In this document: in pieces, positions 25,086 through 34,591 of the stretch
Layout: every line of letters begins with the position of its first letter
How positions within the stretch are numbered: position 1 is the stretch's first letter
The notes under the pieces: model-generated
Seen by the model: the letters and a program-made list of their open reading frames with translations, nothing else
Told to the model about the DNA's origin: nothing
Databases searched by the model: none
Source: an uncultured Dehalococcoidaceae bacterium
GTDB taxonomy: Bacteria; Chloroflexota; Dehalococcoidia; Dehalococcoidales; RBG-16-60-22
Length of the DNA: 64,000 bases
Assembly: GCA_964558675.1 (NCBI GenBank)
Contig: CAZLEY010000002.1
Coordinates: 9,359-73,358, forward strand
Direction of reading: 5' to 3'
Translations under genes and position numbers: made by a program

Positions 25086-26402
25086 ATGAAAGTATGCATT
25101 ATCGGAGCCGGTGCTGGCGGCAGGGGCGCCTCGGGACGGATTCGACAGCTGGACAAACAAGCCCAGATAGACATCTTCAGTACCCAGAGTGAGATTGGTT
25201 ATGCGCCCTGTGAACCACCCTTTGTACTTAAAGGGGTTTCCCGCTGGGACGATATATTTTATCCCGGCAAATTTTTCGAGGAGAGAAATATAACTGTTCA
25301 TTTGAGCACGGAAGTCACCGATATTCTCAGGAAGGGAAAACGCATTATCGCTGGGGGTAAAAGCTATCCTTACGATAAGCTAATTCTAAGTCCCGGGGCT
25401 GTCCCCTCCGTTCCTCCAATCCCCGGGCTGGATGGCAAAAATGAGTTTACTCTCAGCACGAATATTGCCGATGGTAAAGCCCTGGATAAAATCATCCCGA
25501 AATACACCAGTGCTGCCGTCATAGGTGCGGGAGCTATCGGGGTAGAGCTAACCCTGGCTCTTATTGCCCGAGGCTACAAGGAAGTCTACCTCATGGACAT
25601 GCTGGAGAATATCCTGCCCGCTGGCCTGGATAAGGATATGACGGGCAAGGTTGAGCAGACAATGCGAAAGAATGGCGTGGAGCTGATTACGTCTGCCAGC
25701 ATCAGCAGCGTAAAAACCGAGTCTGGAAGGAAACGTATCATTCTTCCTGACCGAGAACTGGAAGTAGATCTTATCTTCCTGACCACCGGCGCCAGACCTA
25801 ACGTCGAGCTAGCCCGAAAAGCAGGAATTGAAATAGGAGAGACAGGGGGAATACTGGTGAACCAGTATTTACAGACAAGTGACCCCGATATCTATGCCGC
25901 TGGTGATTGCATGGAGAACTGGGATATGATGACCGGCGCAAAGACCCGCCGCCTGATGGTTACCTCCGCCGGCAGGACCGGCAATGTGGCCGGTGAGAAT
26001 TTGGTTTCAGGAAATTCTTTGCCCTATGAAGGCACCCTCATGACCTTCACTATTGAAATCTTTGGCTATCAAATAGGTGCCGCCGGTTTTACGGAGAGGG
26101 TTGCCCGAGAGAAAGGGCTGGATATCATATGCGCCACAAGTACCTTCCCCAGCACGCGACCAAAATATGGTGGTAAGCTCGTTCACTCCAAGCTTATCGC
26201 TGAACGCCGGACCGGCACCTTGGTTGGGGCACAGATTATCTCGGAGGAGATGGTAAGAGGTCTGGTCAGTGAAATGGCTCTCGCCATAGCCGAGAAAGTG
26301 CCGTTGCACAGACTGGTCCTGCTTGAGTCCCCTTATTCGCCGGCGGTAGGAATGGATCCGATAGGGGTGGGGGTAAGAGAGCTAGCGGATAAGCTCGGCT
26401 GA
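25086..26402 (+). CDS. CoA-disulfide reductase / NADH oxidase-family flavoprotein, paralogue 1
   Basis: IIGAGAGG, single Cys in YAPCEPP, second dinucleotide fold VIGAGAIGVE, and AAGDCMEN. Confidence 0.7.
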   Translation: MKVCIIGAGAGGRGASGRIRQLDKQAQIDIFSTQSEIGYAPCEPPFVLKGVSRWDDIFYPGKFFEERNITVHLSTEVTDILRKGKRIIAGGKSYPYDKLILSPGAVPSVPPIPGLDGKNEFTLSTNIADGKALDKIIPKYTSAAVIGAGAIGVELTLALIARGYKEVYLMDMLENILPAGLDKDMTGKVEQTMRKNGVELITSASISSVKTESGRKRIILPDRELEVDLIFLTTGARPNVELARKAGIEIGETGGILVNQYLQTSDPDIYAAGDCMENWDMMTGAKTRRLMVTSAGRTGNVAGENLVSGNSLPYEGTLMTFTIEIFGYQIGAAGFTERVAREKGLDIICATSTFPSTRPKYGGKLVHSKLIAERRTGTLVGAQIISEEMVRGLVSEMALAIAEKVPLHRLVLLESPYSPAVGMDPIGVGVRELADKLG

Positions 26403-26492
26403 TGCCTGGTGCTCCTCTACTCAATGATATGGAGATAAGGGCTCAAGAGGCACGATAGGACATGGAAGAGAGATTAATGACAGGAGGCCAAA

Positions 26493-27818
26493 ATGAAGGT
26501 AAGCATTATTGGAACCGGTGACGGCGGTGCTACGGCGGCCAACCAGATTAGCCGCATGGGTAGCGAGGCGCAAATCGATACTTTCAGTCGAAGGTTGGAG
26601 CTTGGTGTTCCACCGTGCGAGATGCCGCTGGTCATCAGTGGGGATATCGCCAGCTGGGATGAGTTGGCTCGCGGCTTTCGTAGTATGTCGTTCTGGGAGA
26701 AGCGCAATATAGGGATGCATTTGAATACCGAGGTTACCGAAATTGACAGGCGGGATAAATATCTGGTTGCCAATGGTAAAAAATATGGGTATGACAAGCT
26801 CATCCTGGCTCTCGGTGCTGCGCCTGTCATTCCTTCCTTTCCAGGGTTGGACAGAAAGAATGAATATGCCATGAGCACCGATATGGCTGATGGAGTTGTT
26901 CTGGCGAGTGTCATTCCTCAGTGTACCGAGGTGGCTATCATTGGCGGTGGCTTCATCGGCCTGGAGATTGCCGCGGCTCTGAAAGCCAGGGGATATAGCA
27001 AGGTCTACCTTCTGGTCAGACGAGCTATATTGCGGGCAAACCTGGACCAGGATATGGCAGAAAAGGTAGAAAGCGTTCTGGCGGAGAACGGGGTGGAAGT
27101 GATTATGCCAGCCGATGTTAAAAGCGTGGTCAGCGATAGAGGTAAAAAGCGTGTGATTCTCTCCGACCGGGAGCTTGATGTGGATTTCATCTTCTTTGGA
27201 ACCGGGGCTGTGCCCGATGTTGGTCTGGCTCGAAAAGCGGGGCTGGATGTAGGCGAGACAGGGGCAATAGTGGTGAACCGGTATCTTCAGACGAGTGACC
27301 CTGATATCTATGCCATTGGTGATTGTATGGAGAACTGGGATATGGTTACGGAGTCGAAGAGGCAGCACCAGCTGGCCAGTAACGCCATTCGGACCGGGTT
27401 TATAGCCGGCAGAAACGTAGCCCTGGGCAATCTGCTCACTTACGAAGGCACCGTGATGCCTTTCGTTACCAGTATATTTGGTCATCAGATAGGGGCGGTA
27501 GGCTTTACCGAGAGAGAAGCGGAGGAAAGGGGATTGAACGCCGTGTCGGTCACCGTTGACACGCCTCGTCTTCGGGACAGGTTCAACGGGAAACCTGCCC
27601 GTTACAAACTTGTTGCCGACGGCAAGACCGGGACCCTAATCGGCGCCCAGATAATCTCCGAGGAGATAGTAACCGGTACGGTGGACAAGCTGGCGGTAGC
27701 TATTGCCTGTAAGATGCCGCTGGCAAAGCTGGTTCAGATTGACAGCAGCTACTCACCTCACGTACAGGAAGACCAGATAGCTGTCCCTTTGCACCGTTTA
27801 ATTGATAAACTTGGCTAA
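26493..27818 (+). CDS. CoA-disulfide reductase / NADH oxidase-family flavoprotein, paralogue 2
   Basis: About half of its residues are identical to the preceding ORF by eye. Same motif order: IIGTGDGG, VPPCEMP, IIGGGFIGLE, AIGDCMEN. Confidence 0.7.
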   Translation: MKVSIIGTGDGGATAANQISRMGSEAQIDTFSRRLELGVPPCEMPLVISGDIASWDELARGFRSMSFWEKRNIGMHLNTEVTEIDRRDKYLVANGKKYGYDKLILALGAAPVIPSFPGLDRKNEYAMSTDMADGVVLASVIPQCTEVAIIGGGFIGLEIAAALKARGYSKVYLLVRRAILRANLDQDMAEKVESVLAENGVEVIMPADVKSVVSDRGKKRVILSDRELDVDFIFFGTGAVPDVGLARKAGLDVGETGAIVVNRYLQTSDPDIYAIGDCMENWDMVTESKRQHQLASNAIRTGFIAGRNVALGNLLTYEGTVMPFVTSIFGHQIGAVGFTEREAEERGLNAVSVTVDTPRLRDRFNGKPARYKLVADGKTGTLIGAQIISEEIVTGTVDKLAVAIACKMPLAKLVQIDSSYSPHVQEDQIAVPLHRLIDKLG

Positions 27819-27845
27819 GGAAATAGCTGAAGGGGTATAATAAGC

Positions 27846-28145
27846 ATGGCAAAATTCAGCGAGATAGAAGAGGCGCGAAAGTTACTGGGACTCGGTGAGA
27901 CAGCTACGCTTAAGGAGATAAAGAGTGCCTACCGGCGTATGGCGAAGCAGCATCATCCTGATAAGGTTGTCGACAAAGACCAGGCCGAAAGCGCAACTAT
28001 GAAAAGATTGAACTGGGCTTATAAACTCCTTCTGGACTACTGTGCCGGCTATAAGTATAGCTTCAGGAAGGATGATGTAGCCCGTACCTATCCGTATGAC
28101 GAATATATGGAAACTTTCAAAGAAAAGTGGTTTAACAGCATCTAG
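27846..28145 (+). CDS. Small J-domain protein
   Basis: YRRMAKQHHPDK carries the HPD motif. 99 aa. Confidence 0.75.
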   Translation: MAKFSEIEEARKLLGLGETATLKEIKSAYRRMAKQHHPDKVVDKDQAESATMKRLNWAYKLLLDYCAGYKYSFRKDDVARTYPYDEYMETFKEKWFNSI

Positions 28146-28264
28146 TCAGAGTCATATGGCACTGCGTAGTGCTTTACATAATACTATTTTATACCAGTGA
28201 TAAACTCCTATAGCACATCTTCAAGCATAACTAAAGCCATCCCGTGGATAAAAAAACAACCGTC

Positions 28265-28507
28265 TTATTTCTTATTCTTATCGCGGGGGTTCTCTTCTCG
28301 TTGGTGACCCGGGTTCAGGATTTGGGGATGGAACAGCAGGTACAATATTGAGCCGAAGCAGGGAATTATCAGTATCGCTATTACCCATGGGGGCTTATAC
28401 CCCCCGAATACCCTCTGCCGGGACGCTAGGTCATGGATTAAAACCCCGGCCAATATCCAGTGAACTATACCAAAAAGGATTATCCTTAAAACCCATTCGG
28501 GGTCCAT
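28265..28507 (-). CDS. PLD-nuclease N-terminal (PLDc_N) small membrane protein
   Basis: Two transmembrane helices with WVIAILIIPCFGSILYLLF. Confidence 0.55.
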   Translation of the reverse strand: MDPEWVLRIILFGIVHWILAGVLIHDLASRQRVFGGYKPPWVIAILIIPCFGSILYLLFHPQILNPGHQREENPRDKNKK

Positions 28508-28605
28508 GTCCTCGCTCCGGTTGGGGTTCTTCCCGTTGCATTATACATCAAAAAGCCCGAGTAGTTATGGTATGGATTTTAGCCAGCTGAGTTGATGAGT
28601 TCCAG

Positions 28606-29334
28606 CTAGACTTTTTTACGGTAGTGGGTGATATCTCTGAATATAGAAATCTGGCACACTGTCCCATCAGAATCGACGTAGGGAGCTGCCACTATCTCAT
28701 AGGTTCTGCCATCTGGAAACTGGCATTCCCAGTTCATGACTTTTCCATTGTTGATAACTTCCGGTATTTTACAGTCCTGCATGCAGGGAGTATTAGCTTT
28801 TTTCAGGTGTTCGTAGCAGGTAGAACCGGTGCCCTCGCCAAAATCATTCACCATATTGGAATTCATGAATCGTATCCTGTAATCCGGGCCGGTGATGATG
28901 ACGCCATCTGCCATACCATCGACGATTTTCAGAAGCTTGTCTCTTTCGGCGGTTATCACTGTCTCCAGTTGCCGGGATTTTTCTGCCTGATTTCGTATAA
29001 TACCAACAAGGCAGCCAATAACCCCGGCGAATAAGGTAAAAATTATCATCCTGAGTAAAGGGTCAGGAAAAGGAGATATGAAAAAAGCGCGGGGCAGGAA
29101 GATAATGAAGCTCACCAGCGTGAGGATAATCGCTCCTTTAACCTTGGCGGTATAGCCGGCGTATATTATTGGTGCCAGAAACAGAAGACGGTGTATATCG
29201 TGCACACCGTAAAAGAAATTGGCCCTAAGGGTATTCCATGCCGCCCAGTCTACCAGTTCACCGAAATAGTAAAACAGGGTGCATAATACGAGGAGCAGAG
29301 GCATGATGAATGCCCTGAAACCAACATTATTCAT
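28606..29334 (-). CDS. Membrane protein (about 4 transmembrane helices) with a C-terminal Cys-containing PAS-like domain and no output domain
   Basis: The hydrophobic N-terminal half is followed by ERDKLLKIVDGMADGVIITGPDYRIRFMN...CYEHL...CMQDC. Confidence 0.55.
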   Translation of the reverse strand: MNNVGFRAFIMPLLLVLCTLFYYFGELVDWAAWNTLRANFFYGVHDIHRLLFLAPIIYAGYTAKVKGAIILTLVSFIIFLPRAFFISPFPDPLLRMIIFTLFAGVIGCLVGIIRNQAEKSRQLETVITAERDKLLKIVDGMADGVIITGPDYRIRFMNSNMVNDFGEGTGSTCYEHLKKANTPCMQDCKIPEVINNGKVMNWECQFPDGRTYEIVAAPYVDSDGTVCQISIFRDITHYRKKV

Positions 29335-29362
29335 AGTTTCTCACTGATGTCCTGAATATATT

Positions 29363-29821
29363 TTACTCTGTGGTTCTCAGTTCATCAACAATCATTTCGA
29401 CGCAAAGGGGTATCGCCTCTGTCACTTCGGGGGTACATTCCTCACTGAAACGGCTTGTATCTGCCGCTTCGATGGCGAATATGTCAATCCGGGATGGCAA
29501 AGCCATGCCGAGCTTCCTGCCGAGTTCAAGAGCCGTAGCGAAATTAACATCATGGACCGAGGCAGCGTGCCGGGTGGCATCAAATACCTCCGGGTCAAGC
29601 CGGTAAATCTGGCCTGCCCTGCCCCCGACGGTCTGAATGGCATCAATGATAATAGCCCTGTCATAGTCAGCCAGCAGGTCCAGTATGTCAAGACCAGCCA
29701 GGCTCGTCTCCATAACTGTCGCCTCATGGTCGAGTCTGCGTTCCAGTTCGTTAGCAACCCGGACACCTGCACCGTCGTCGGTGAGAATAGGGTTGCCCAG
29801 TCCCAGAACCAGTGTCTTCAT
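29363..29821 (-). CDS. [NiFe]-hydrogenase maturation endopeptidase
   Basis: MKTLVLGLGNPILTDDGAGVRV and DAIQTVG motifs. Confidence 0.85.
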   Translation of the reverse strand: MKTLVLGLGNPILTDDGAGVRVANELERRLDHEATVMETSLAGLDILDLLADYDRAIIIDAIQTVGGRAGQIYRLDPEVFDATRHAASVHDVNFATALELGRKLGMALPSRIDIFAIEAADTSRFSEECTPEVTEAIPLCVEMIVDELRTTE

Positions 29822-29863
29822 TTCCCAATCCTCTTATGTACGTGTAACTCTCACCTTAAGTGG

Positions 29864-31345
29864 TTAGGAGGGCAGGTGCTGACTGAGCCTGTCAATCACC
29901 TCTCCCTTGCTATCACGAATAACCACCTCCAGCGGCATCTGTCCTGGCAGCGCGTGGGTAGCGCAGGCCATGCACGGGTCGTAGGCGCGAAATGCCATCT
30001 CGACCATATTCAGCAGTCCTTCCGATGCCACCTGGCCCTTCTTAATCAACCCCTGGGCTGCCCTCTTGACCGACATATTCATCGCCGGGTTATTCATTAC
30101 CGTAGCCACAATCAGGTTCACCTTCTCGATAATGCCTTTATCATCGGTCTGATAATGGTGAATCAGAACGCCGCGAGGAGCCTCAACAACACCGACTCCC
30201 TCGTCGGGAGTGGCCGTTGGGATGGTCCTGACCTCGGGGCTGGTTATCTCACTATCCTGGCAGAGCTCCAGGAGACGCTCGGCGGCGTACAGTATCTCGA
30301 TTAGCCTGGCCCAGTGGAAGGCAAGTGTGGCATGCACCGGCTTGCCGCCCAGTGTCTCATACATCCTTTCGTACTCAGCCTGAGCCAGAGGTGTAGCCAT
30401 GCCGTCAGCCACATTAAGTCTGGCCAGAGAATTCACCCGGTAAACGCCGCTGTCCTTGCCGTCAACGAGGCCCTTCCAGCCGACATTTTTCAGGAAGGGG
30501 AACTTCAGGTAAGACCAGGGCTCAGTGTGCTCGGCTATATAGTCCAGATAGTCAGCCGCTTTAAATCTGGCAGTCTCCTTCCCATCGGGGTCGACCACGC
30601 GGAGGTCGCCTTCATAGAAGTTCACCTTGTTATTGCTGTCAACCATGCCCATGTAGTAGCTGTTCATGGTGTAGATGTCACCGGTTATCAGCTCCAGGTA
30701 TTCTTTATTGGCCAGCACCAGGTCGTCGAACAGCTTTATGCCTAGTTTGCCGAACTCAACCAGTGATTTGGCTTTCTCCTCGAAGTCTTTTCGCTCCTCC
30801 TCGGTAATTGGCTTGCTCATGCCTCCCGGCAGACCGCAGACAGGATGGGTCGCCTTGCCCCCGATAACCGCCTGAATATCCTGGGCATAGGCCCGGTGCT
30901 TTATCACCTCGCTGCCAATGTCAAGGCCAACCTTGGCTACCAGCCCGAGGATATTTCTCTCGGCGGGGTCGCTGGTGGGTCCCAGGACAAAGTCTGGGGC
31001 GGCCAGGGCATAAAAGTGAGCAACATGGGAGTGAATCATGTGGGCGCAGTAGAATAATTCCCTCAGCTTCTTGGCGGCTGGCGGTGGGTCTACGTGGTAG
31101 ACGGCATCGGCTGCCTTGGTGGATGCCATGTGGTGGGCACCGGGGCAGACCCCGCAGATGCGCGTCGTTATCCGGGGCATCTCCTCAACCGGCCTTCCCT
31201 CACAGAATTTCTCGAAACCGCGAAGCTCAGGTATCTGTAGATAGGCGTTCTCAACATCCCCCTCGTCGTTCAGGAATATTTCTATCTTGCCGTGTCCCTC
31301 GAGCCTGGTTATGGGGTCAATGCTGATCTTTTCCATTTCACTCAC
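29864..31345 (-). CDS. mvhA: [NiFe]-hydrogenase large subunit, MvhA/Vhu type (group 3c-like)
   Basis: [10 protein letters not shown]...[11 protein letters not shown] near the N-terminus and DPCMACATH at the C-terminus. Confidence 0.85.
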   Translation of the reverse strand: MSEMEKISIDPITRLEGHGKIEIFLNDEGDVENAYLQIPELRGFEKFCEGRPVEEMPRITTRICGVCPGAHHMASTKAADAVYHVDPPPAAKKLRELFYCAHMIHSHVAHFYALAAPDFVLGPTSDPAERNILGLVAKVGLDIGSEVIKHRAYAQDIQAVIGGKATHPVCGLPGGMSKPITEEERKDFEEKAKSLVEFGKLGIKLFDDLVLANKEYLELITGDIYTMNSYYMGMVDSNNKVNFYEGDLRVVDPDGKETARFKAADYLDYIAEHTEPWSYLKFPFLKNVGWKGLVDGKDSGVYRVNSLARLNVADGMATPLAQAEYERMYETLGGKPVHATLAFHWARLIEILYAAERLLELCQDSEITSPEVRTIPTATPDEGVGVVEAPRGVLIHHYQTDDKGIIEKVNLIVATVMNNPAMNMSVKRAAQGLIKKGQVASEGLLNMVEMAFRAYDPCMACATHALPGQMPLEVVIRDSKGEVIDRLSQHLPS

Positions 31346-31415
31346 TCCTTAATTGTTATGGAGCATTTTCTCCTTCAGCTTCTGATTAAATTACCCGAAT
31401 ATGTCTGCCACAAAT

Positions 31416-32378
31416 TTAAGTTTTAGGGAGGCGTTTTCGCTTCAACATAGAATCGGCCAGCCCGAATCTATAGAAAGTACCCGCCGGGTCAACCACTTCA
31501 TCCACCAGTTTCTTAATCTCCTCCTCGCTCTCACCCTGATAGATAGACGCGATGGCGCTGACCAGCTTGGCGCCCTGGTCAGCTACCCCCGGCGGCGGGC
31601 CGAAGCAGCCGCGGCAGGGCATATTGGCGTTAATGCAGCGGAGACCACAGCCTCCCCGCGTTGCCGGCCCGCAACAGATTATACCCTGTTCCAGCAGGCA
31701 TTTCTCAGGGTCAGGTATAATCTCATGGGGACGGTAAAGCTTGGTTATCTTCTTTTCTTCTTTTTTGCGTTCACACTCGTCACAAAGCGTCTTATCCGAG
31801 GCAATCACCGACCCCACCGGAGGTAATTCGCCCTTAGCGAAGAGATTCACCAGCTTAAGGATAAGGTCTACCGGCGGCGGGCAACCCGGGACAAAGTATT
31901 CCACGTCAACTACCTGCGCCAGCGTCAGCACCGTGTCGAATAATTCAGGCAGTTCTAGCTCTCCTTCGGCAACCTTGGTCACGGTTTGAGGGAAAGTGCC
32001 GTTAGCATTGTTGTTTGACGGTGCTTCAATGTAAGCCCGCTGGAATATCTCGTCACGGCTGGTGAAATTGGCCAGTGCCGGTATGCCGCCGAAGCAGGCA
32101 CAGGCTCCAAAGGCCACCATTACCTTGGACTTATCACGCAGCAGTCTGGCAATCTCTTCCTGCTCGGTGCTTCTGACAGCCCCGTTGAAGAGGCATAAAT
32201 CAATGCTCTTATCCTCCATAGCCTTAACATGATGGTATTTAAAGTCTACGGCGATTGGCCAGAACACTATGTCGACCAGGTTGGCGATATCCAGTATCTT
32301 TTCATTGGTGTCAAGCACAGCCACATCACAGCCGCCGCAGGAAGCCGCCCAGTACAGCGCTAATTTCGGTTTAGCCAT
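31416..32378 (-). CDS. mvhG: [NiFe]-hydrogenase small subunit, MvhG type
   Basis: [23 protein letters not shown]. The ATG at 32378 overlaps the mvhD stop in an ATGGCTAA arrangement. The track start at 32393 is also possible. Confidence 0.8.
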   Translation of the reverse strand: MAKPKLALYWAASCGGCDVAVLDTNEKILDIANLVDIVFWPIAVDFKYHHVKAMEDKSIDLCLFNGAVRSTEQEEIARLLRDKSKVMVAFGACACFGGIPALANFTSRDEIFQRAYIEAPSNNNANGTFPQTVTKVAEGELELPELFDTVLTLAQVVDVEYFVPGCPPPVDLILKLVNLFAKGELPPVGSVIASDKTLCDECERKKEEKKITKLYRPHEIIPDPEKCLLEQGIICCGPATRGGCGLRCINANMPCRGCFGPPPGVADQGAKLVSAIASIYQGESEEEIKKLVDEVVDPAGTFYRFGLADSMLKRKRLPKT

Positions 32379-32793
32379 TCTCACTACCTCCATTACGACT
32401 GAAAGGTCCCAGTTGCCTTATTTGCTCCGTCATCTCGTTAACGACGGCAGCAAAGCGGTCTCCCTCTGACGCCGAGACCCATTCCAAACGTACCCGCTCG
32501 TCTTCAATCCCGAGCTGAGCCAGCATTTTCTTCAGTAAGGGTATCCGGCGGGCTGTCTTCTTATTACCATCCAGGTAATGACATTCACCGAGATGTCAGC
32601 CGCAGACCAGGACGCCGTCAGCACCCTTTTCAAATGCTTTCAGGATGAAGGTAGGGTCTACCCTTCCGGAGCACATGACCCGTACCACTCTAATATTGGG
32701 CGCATACTTCTTCCGCGAAGTGCCGGCAAGGTCAGCGCCGGCATATGAGCACCAGTTGCACAGGATACCTACAATCTTTGGTTCAAAGCTCAT
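32371..32793 (-). CDS. mvhD: MvhD-type hydrogenase/heterodisulfide reductase delta subunit, selenocysteine form (TGA at 32598-32596 read as Sec)
   Basis: The 65-aa track ORF ends VLVCG at a TGA. The same frame continues [48 protein letters not shown]... to TAA at 32373-32371. GC(U)HxGxCHY is the MvhD signature. Total length is 140 aa. Confidence 0.75.
32563..32579 (-). promoter_or_regulatory. Candidate SECIS hairpin for mvhD
   Basis: In the mRNA, AUUACC-UGGAU-GGUAAU begins 16 nt after the UGA. Confidence 0.35.
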
Positions 32794-32868
32794 GCTAACA
32801 CCCCCTGAATTTCGGCTAAAATTCGGTCCGCAGTGCTGATATAAATCAACGGTTTTTGTCGTTTGACC

Positions 32869-34545
32869 TTAGACGAGTGTTTTATCAGCTACACGTTCCT
32901 TAGCCACAGATTCATGGTAAGCTACCATTGCCTGCTCGGCTGCATTTACTATGTGATATACTATGGGAGAACCAGTAAGCGCTGGATGTGTCCCTATCTG
33001 GGAAAAACGAATATCCTCAGCCGTTGCCTTGTTCGCCACCAGAACAGCTAGAGCATTTGTCAGCTCTCCAACTGACACCCCACCATAGGCTTCGCCTCCC
33101 AGTATCCTTCCGCTGCTTCGGTCAGATATCAGGTTGACCTGCATCGGCTGGGCACCGGGCATACTGCCTGGATGCTTGTCTGGAGCACTCGCCTTACCGA
33201 TGAGCACGTCAAACCCTGCCTCTCTTGCTGCCTTCTCTGTCAGCCCGGCTGTACCTACGGCAACGTCTCCAACCCTGGTGCTAAACACTCCTATAACACC
33301 CTTGTTCTCCACGCAGGGCCTGAAGAGATTGGACGTAGCTATCCTGGCCTCATTTGTGGCAATTGAGGCCAAACGTAACGGGACCGGCTTGGCGGTAAAG
33401 AAGGAGTATTTCTCGGCGCAATCCCCTATAGCAAAAATGTTGGGGTCACTGGTCCTCATATATTGGTCTACTTTTATGCCCTTGGTAGCACCGATCTCGA
33501 GGCCTGCCTCTTGCGCCAACCTAGTATTAGGTGCCGAGCCAATGGCCATCATGACCAGGTCTGCCTTTAGTTGCTCTCCGCTGGACAACTCTACATGACT
33601 GACCTTACCGTTGCCGAGAATCTGATTAACACCATTTCCACATAATACTTTTATGTTAGCCTTCGCCAGCTCTTCCTCCACCCGTATGCAGAACGGTTCA
33701 TCACAATTTAAGGAGAGACAATGCGGCAATAATTCGACGATGGTCACATTCAAGCCCCGCTTGCGTAATTCATCGGCAAATTCTACCCCGATAAACCCGC
33801 CTCCTATGACCACTACATCTTTTGCCTTGGCCAGCGCCTTATCCAATGCCTGCAGGTACTCTACATCCTTTTTAACGGTATATACATTGTCTAACTCTCT
33901 ACCTGGTATTGGAGGCACCGCAGGCAGAGAGCCGGTGGCTAGTATTAGCTTATCGTAGCCGATGTTCCTGCCCCCGGCTGTGGTAACCCTCTGAGATTCC
34001 CTGTCGATTGAGGTTACCTCGTCGATTACTAACTCAGCATCCCCTATGGCGCCGTCAGGTATCAAGTTCTTTTCCGCTGAGCCAAGAGTACCAAAAATGT
34101 AAGGAATACCGCAGGGCACCAATACCTTGGACTCTTTTCGAATAACCGTTATCTTCCCTACATTGTTGTTAAGCCTTTTGGCTGTAATCGCTGCCTGAAT
34201 TCCGGCAGCGCTACCTCCCACAATGACTAGTTCAGCTTTCTCCGCTGCAGGTACAGGCATCGGCGTTACCCACGTTGGCAATGCTGCTTCGCTTTCCGCC
34301 TCTCTAGAGACAGCCTGTCCTTCTTCCGCAGCCTCTATCGCTTCAAGTATTGAGCGGTCTACAGCCTGCTTATTCCTGATAATCTGCATCGCCTCACGCA
34401 CCAACCGGCGAGCAGCCGCTCTCCTTTCGCGTGCTTCCTTGGTATTGGCGTGGAGACCGAAAATAGTCAGGTATAAAACGAATGCCACGGGGATAAGGAT
34501 TATAGGTATGGCTATGCCCAGCGCTAATACAATCTCCCACTGCAT
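32869..34545 (-). CDS. Membrane-anchored pyridine nucleotide-disulfide oxidoreductase (CoADR/Nox-like) encoded between hdrA and mvhD
   Basis: N-terminal transmembrane helix MQWEIVLALGIAIPIILIPVAFVLYLTIFG and a basic linker. Then VIVGGSAAGIQAA, LVPCGIPY, VIGGGFIGVEFA and AIGDCAE. Confidence 0.7.
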   Translation of the reverse strand: MQWEIVLALGIAIPIILIPVAFVLYLTIFGLHANTKEARERRAAARRLVREAMQIIRNKQAVDRSILEAIEAAEEGQAVSREAESEAALPTWVTPMPVPAAEKAELVIVGGSAAGIQAAITAKRLNNNVGKITVIRKESKVLVPCGIPYIFGTLGSAEKNLIPDGAIGDAELVIDEVTSIDRESQRVTTAGGRNIGYDKLILATGSLPAVPPIPGRELDNVYTVKKDVEYLQALDKALAKAKDVVVIGGGFIGVEFADELRKRGLNVTIVELLPHCLSLNCDEPFCIRVEEELAKANIKVLCGNGVNQILGNGKVSHVELSSGEQLKADLVMMAIGSAPNTRLAQEAGLEIGATKGIKVDQYMRTSDPNIFAIGDCAEKYSFFTAKPVPLRLASIATNEARIATSNLFRPCVENKGVIGVFSTRVGDVAVGTAGLTEKAAREAGFDVLIGKASAPDKHPGSMPGAQPMQVNLISDRSSGRILGGEAYGGVSVGELTNALAVLVANKATAEDIRFSQIGTHPALTGSPIVYHIVNAAEQAMVAYHESVAKERVADKTLV

Positions 34546-34591
34546 CAGTACACCTCCTTCTGCACAGTTGTGCTCAAATTCGTAAATCCTT

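Noticed and set aside
26421-27485. 354-aa minus-strand ORF, one of the longest in the track.
   Set aside because: It lies entirely antisense to the CoADR-like paralogue 2, which has clear dinucleotide-fold motifs. The antisense product has no motifs and a skewed composition.
29552-30304. 250-aa plus-strand ORF.
   Set aside because: It is antisense to the hydrogenase protease and the MvhA C-terminus, both of which have diagnostic motifs.
32596-32793. A 65-aa stand-alone gene, and hdrA as two separate genes (34592..35953 and 35969..36553).
   Set aside because: In both cases the stop is a TGA at a position known to carry Sec or Cys in the family. The downstream sequence continues in frame with conserved family motifs, so Sec read-through is the better model.
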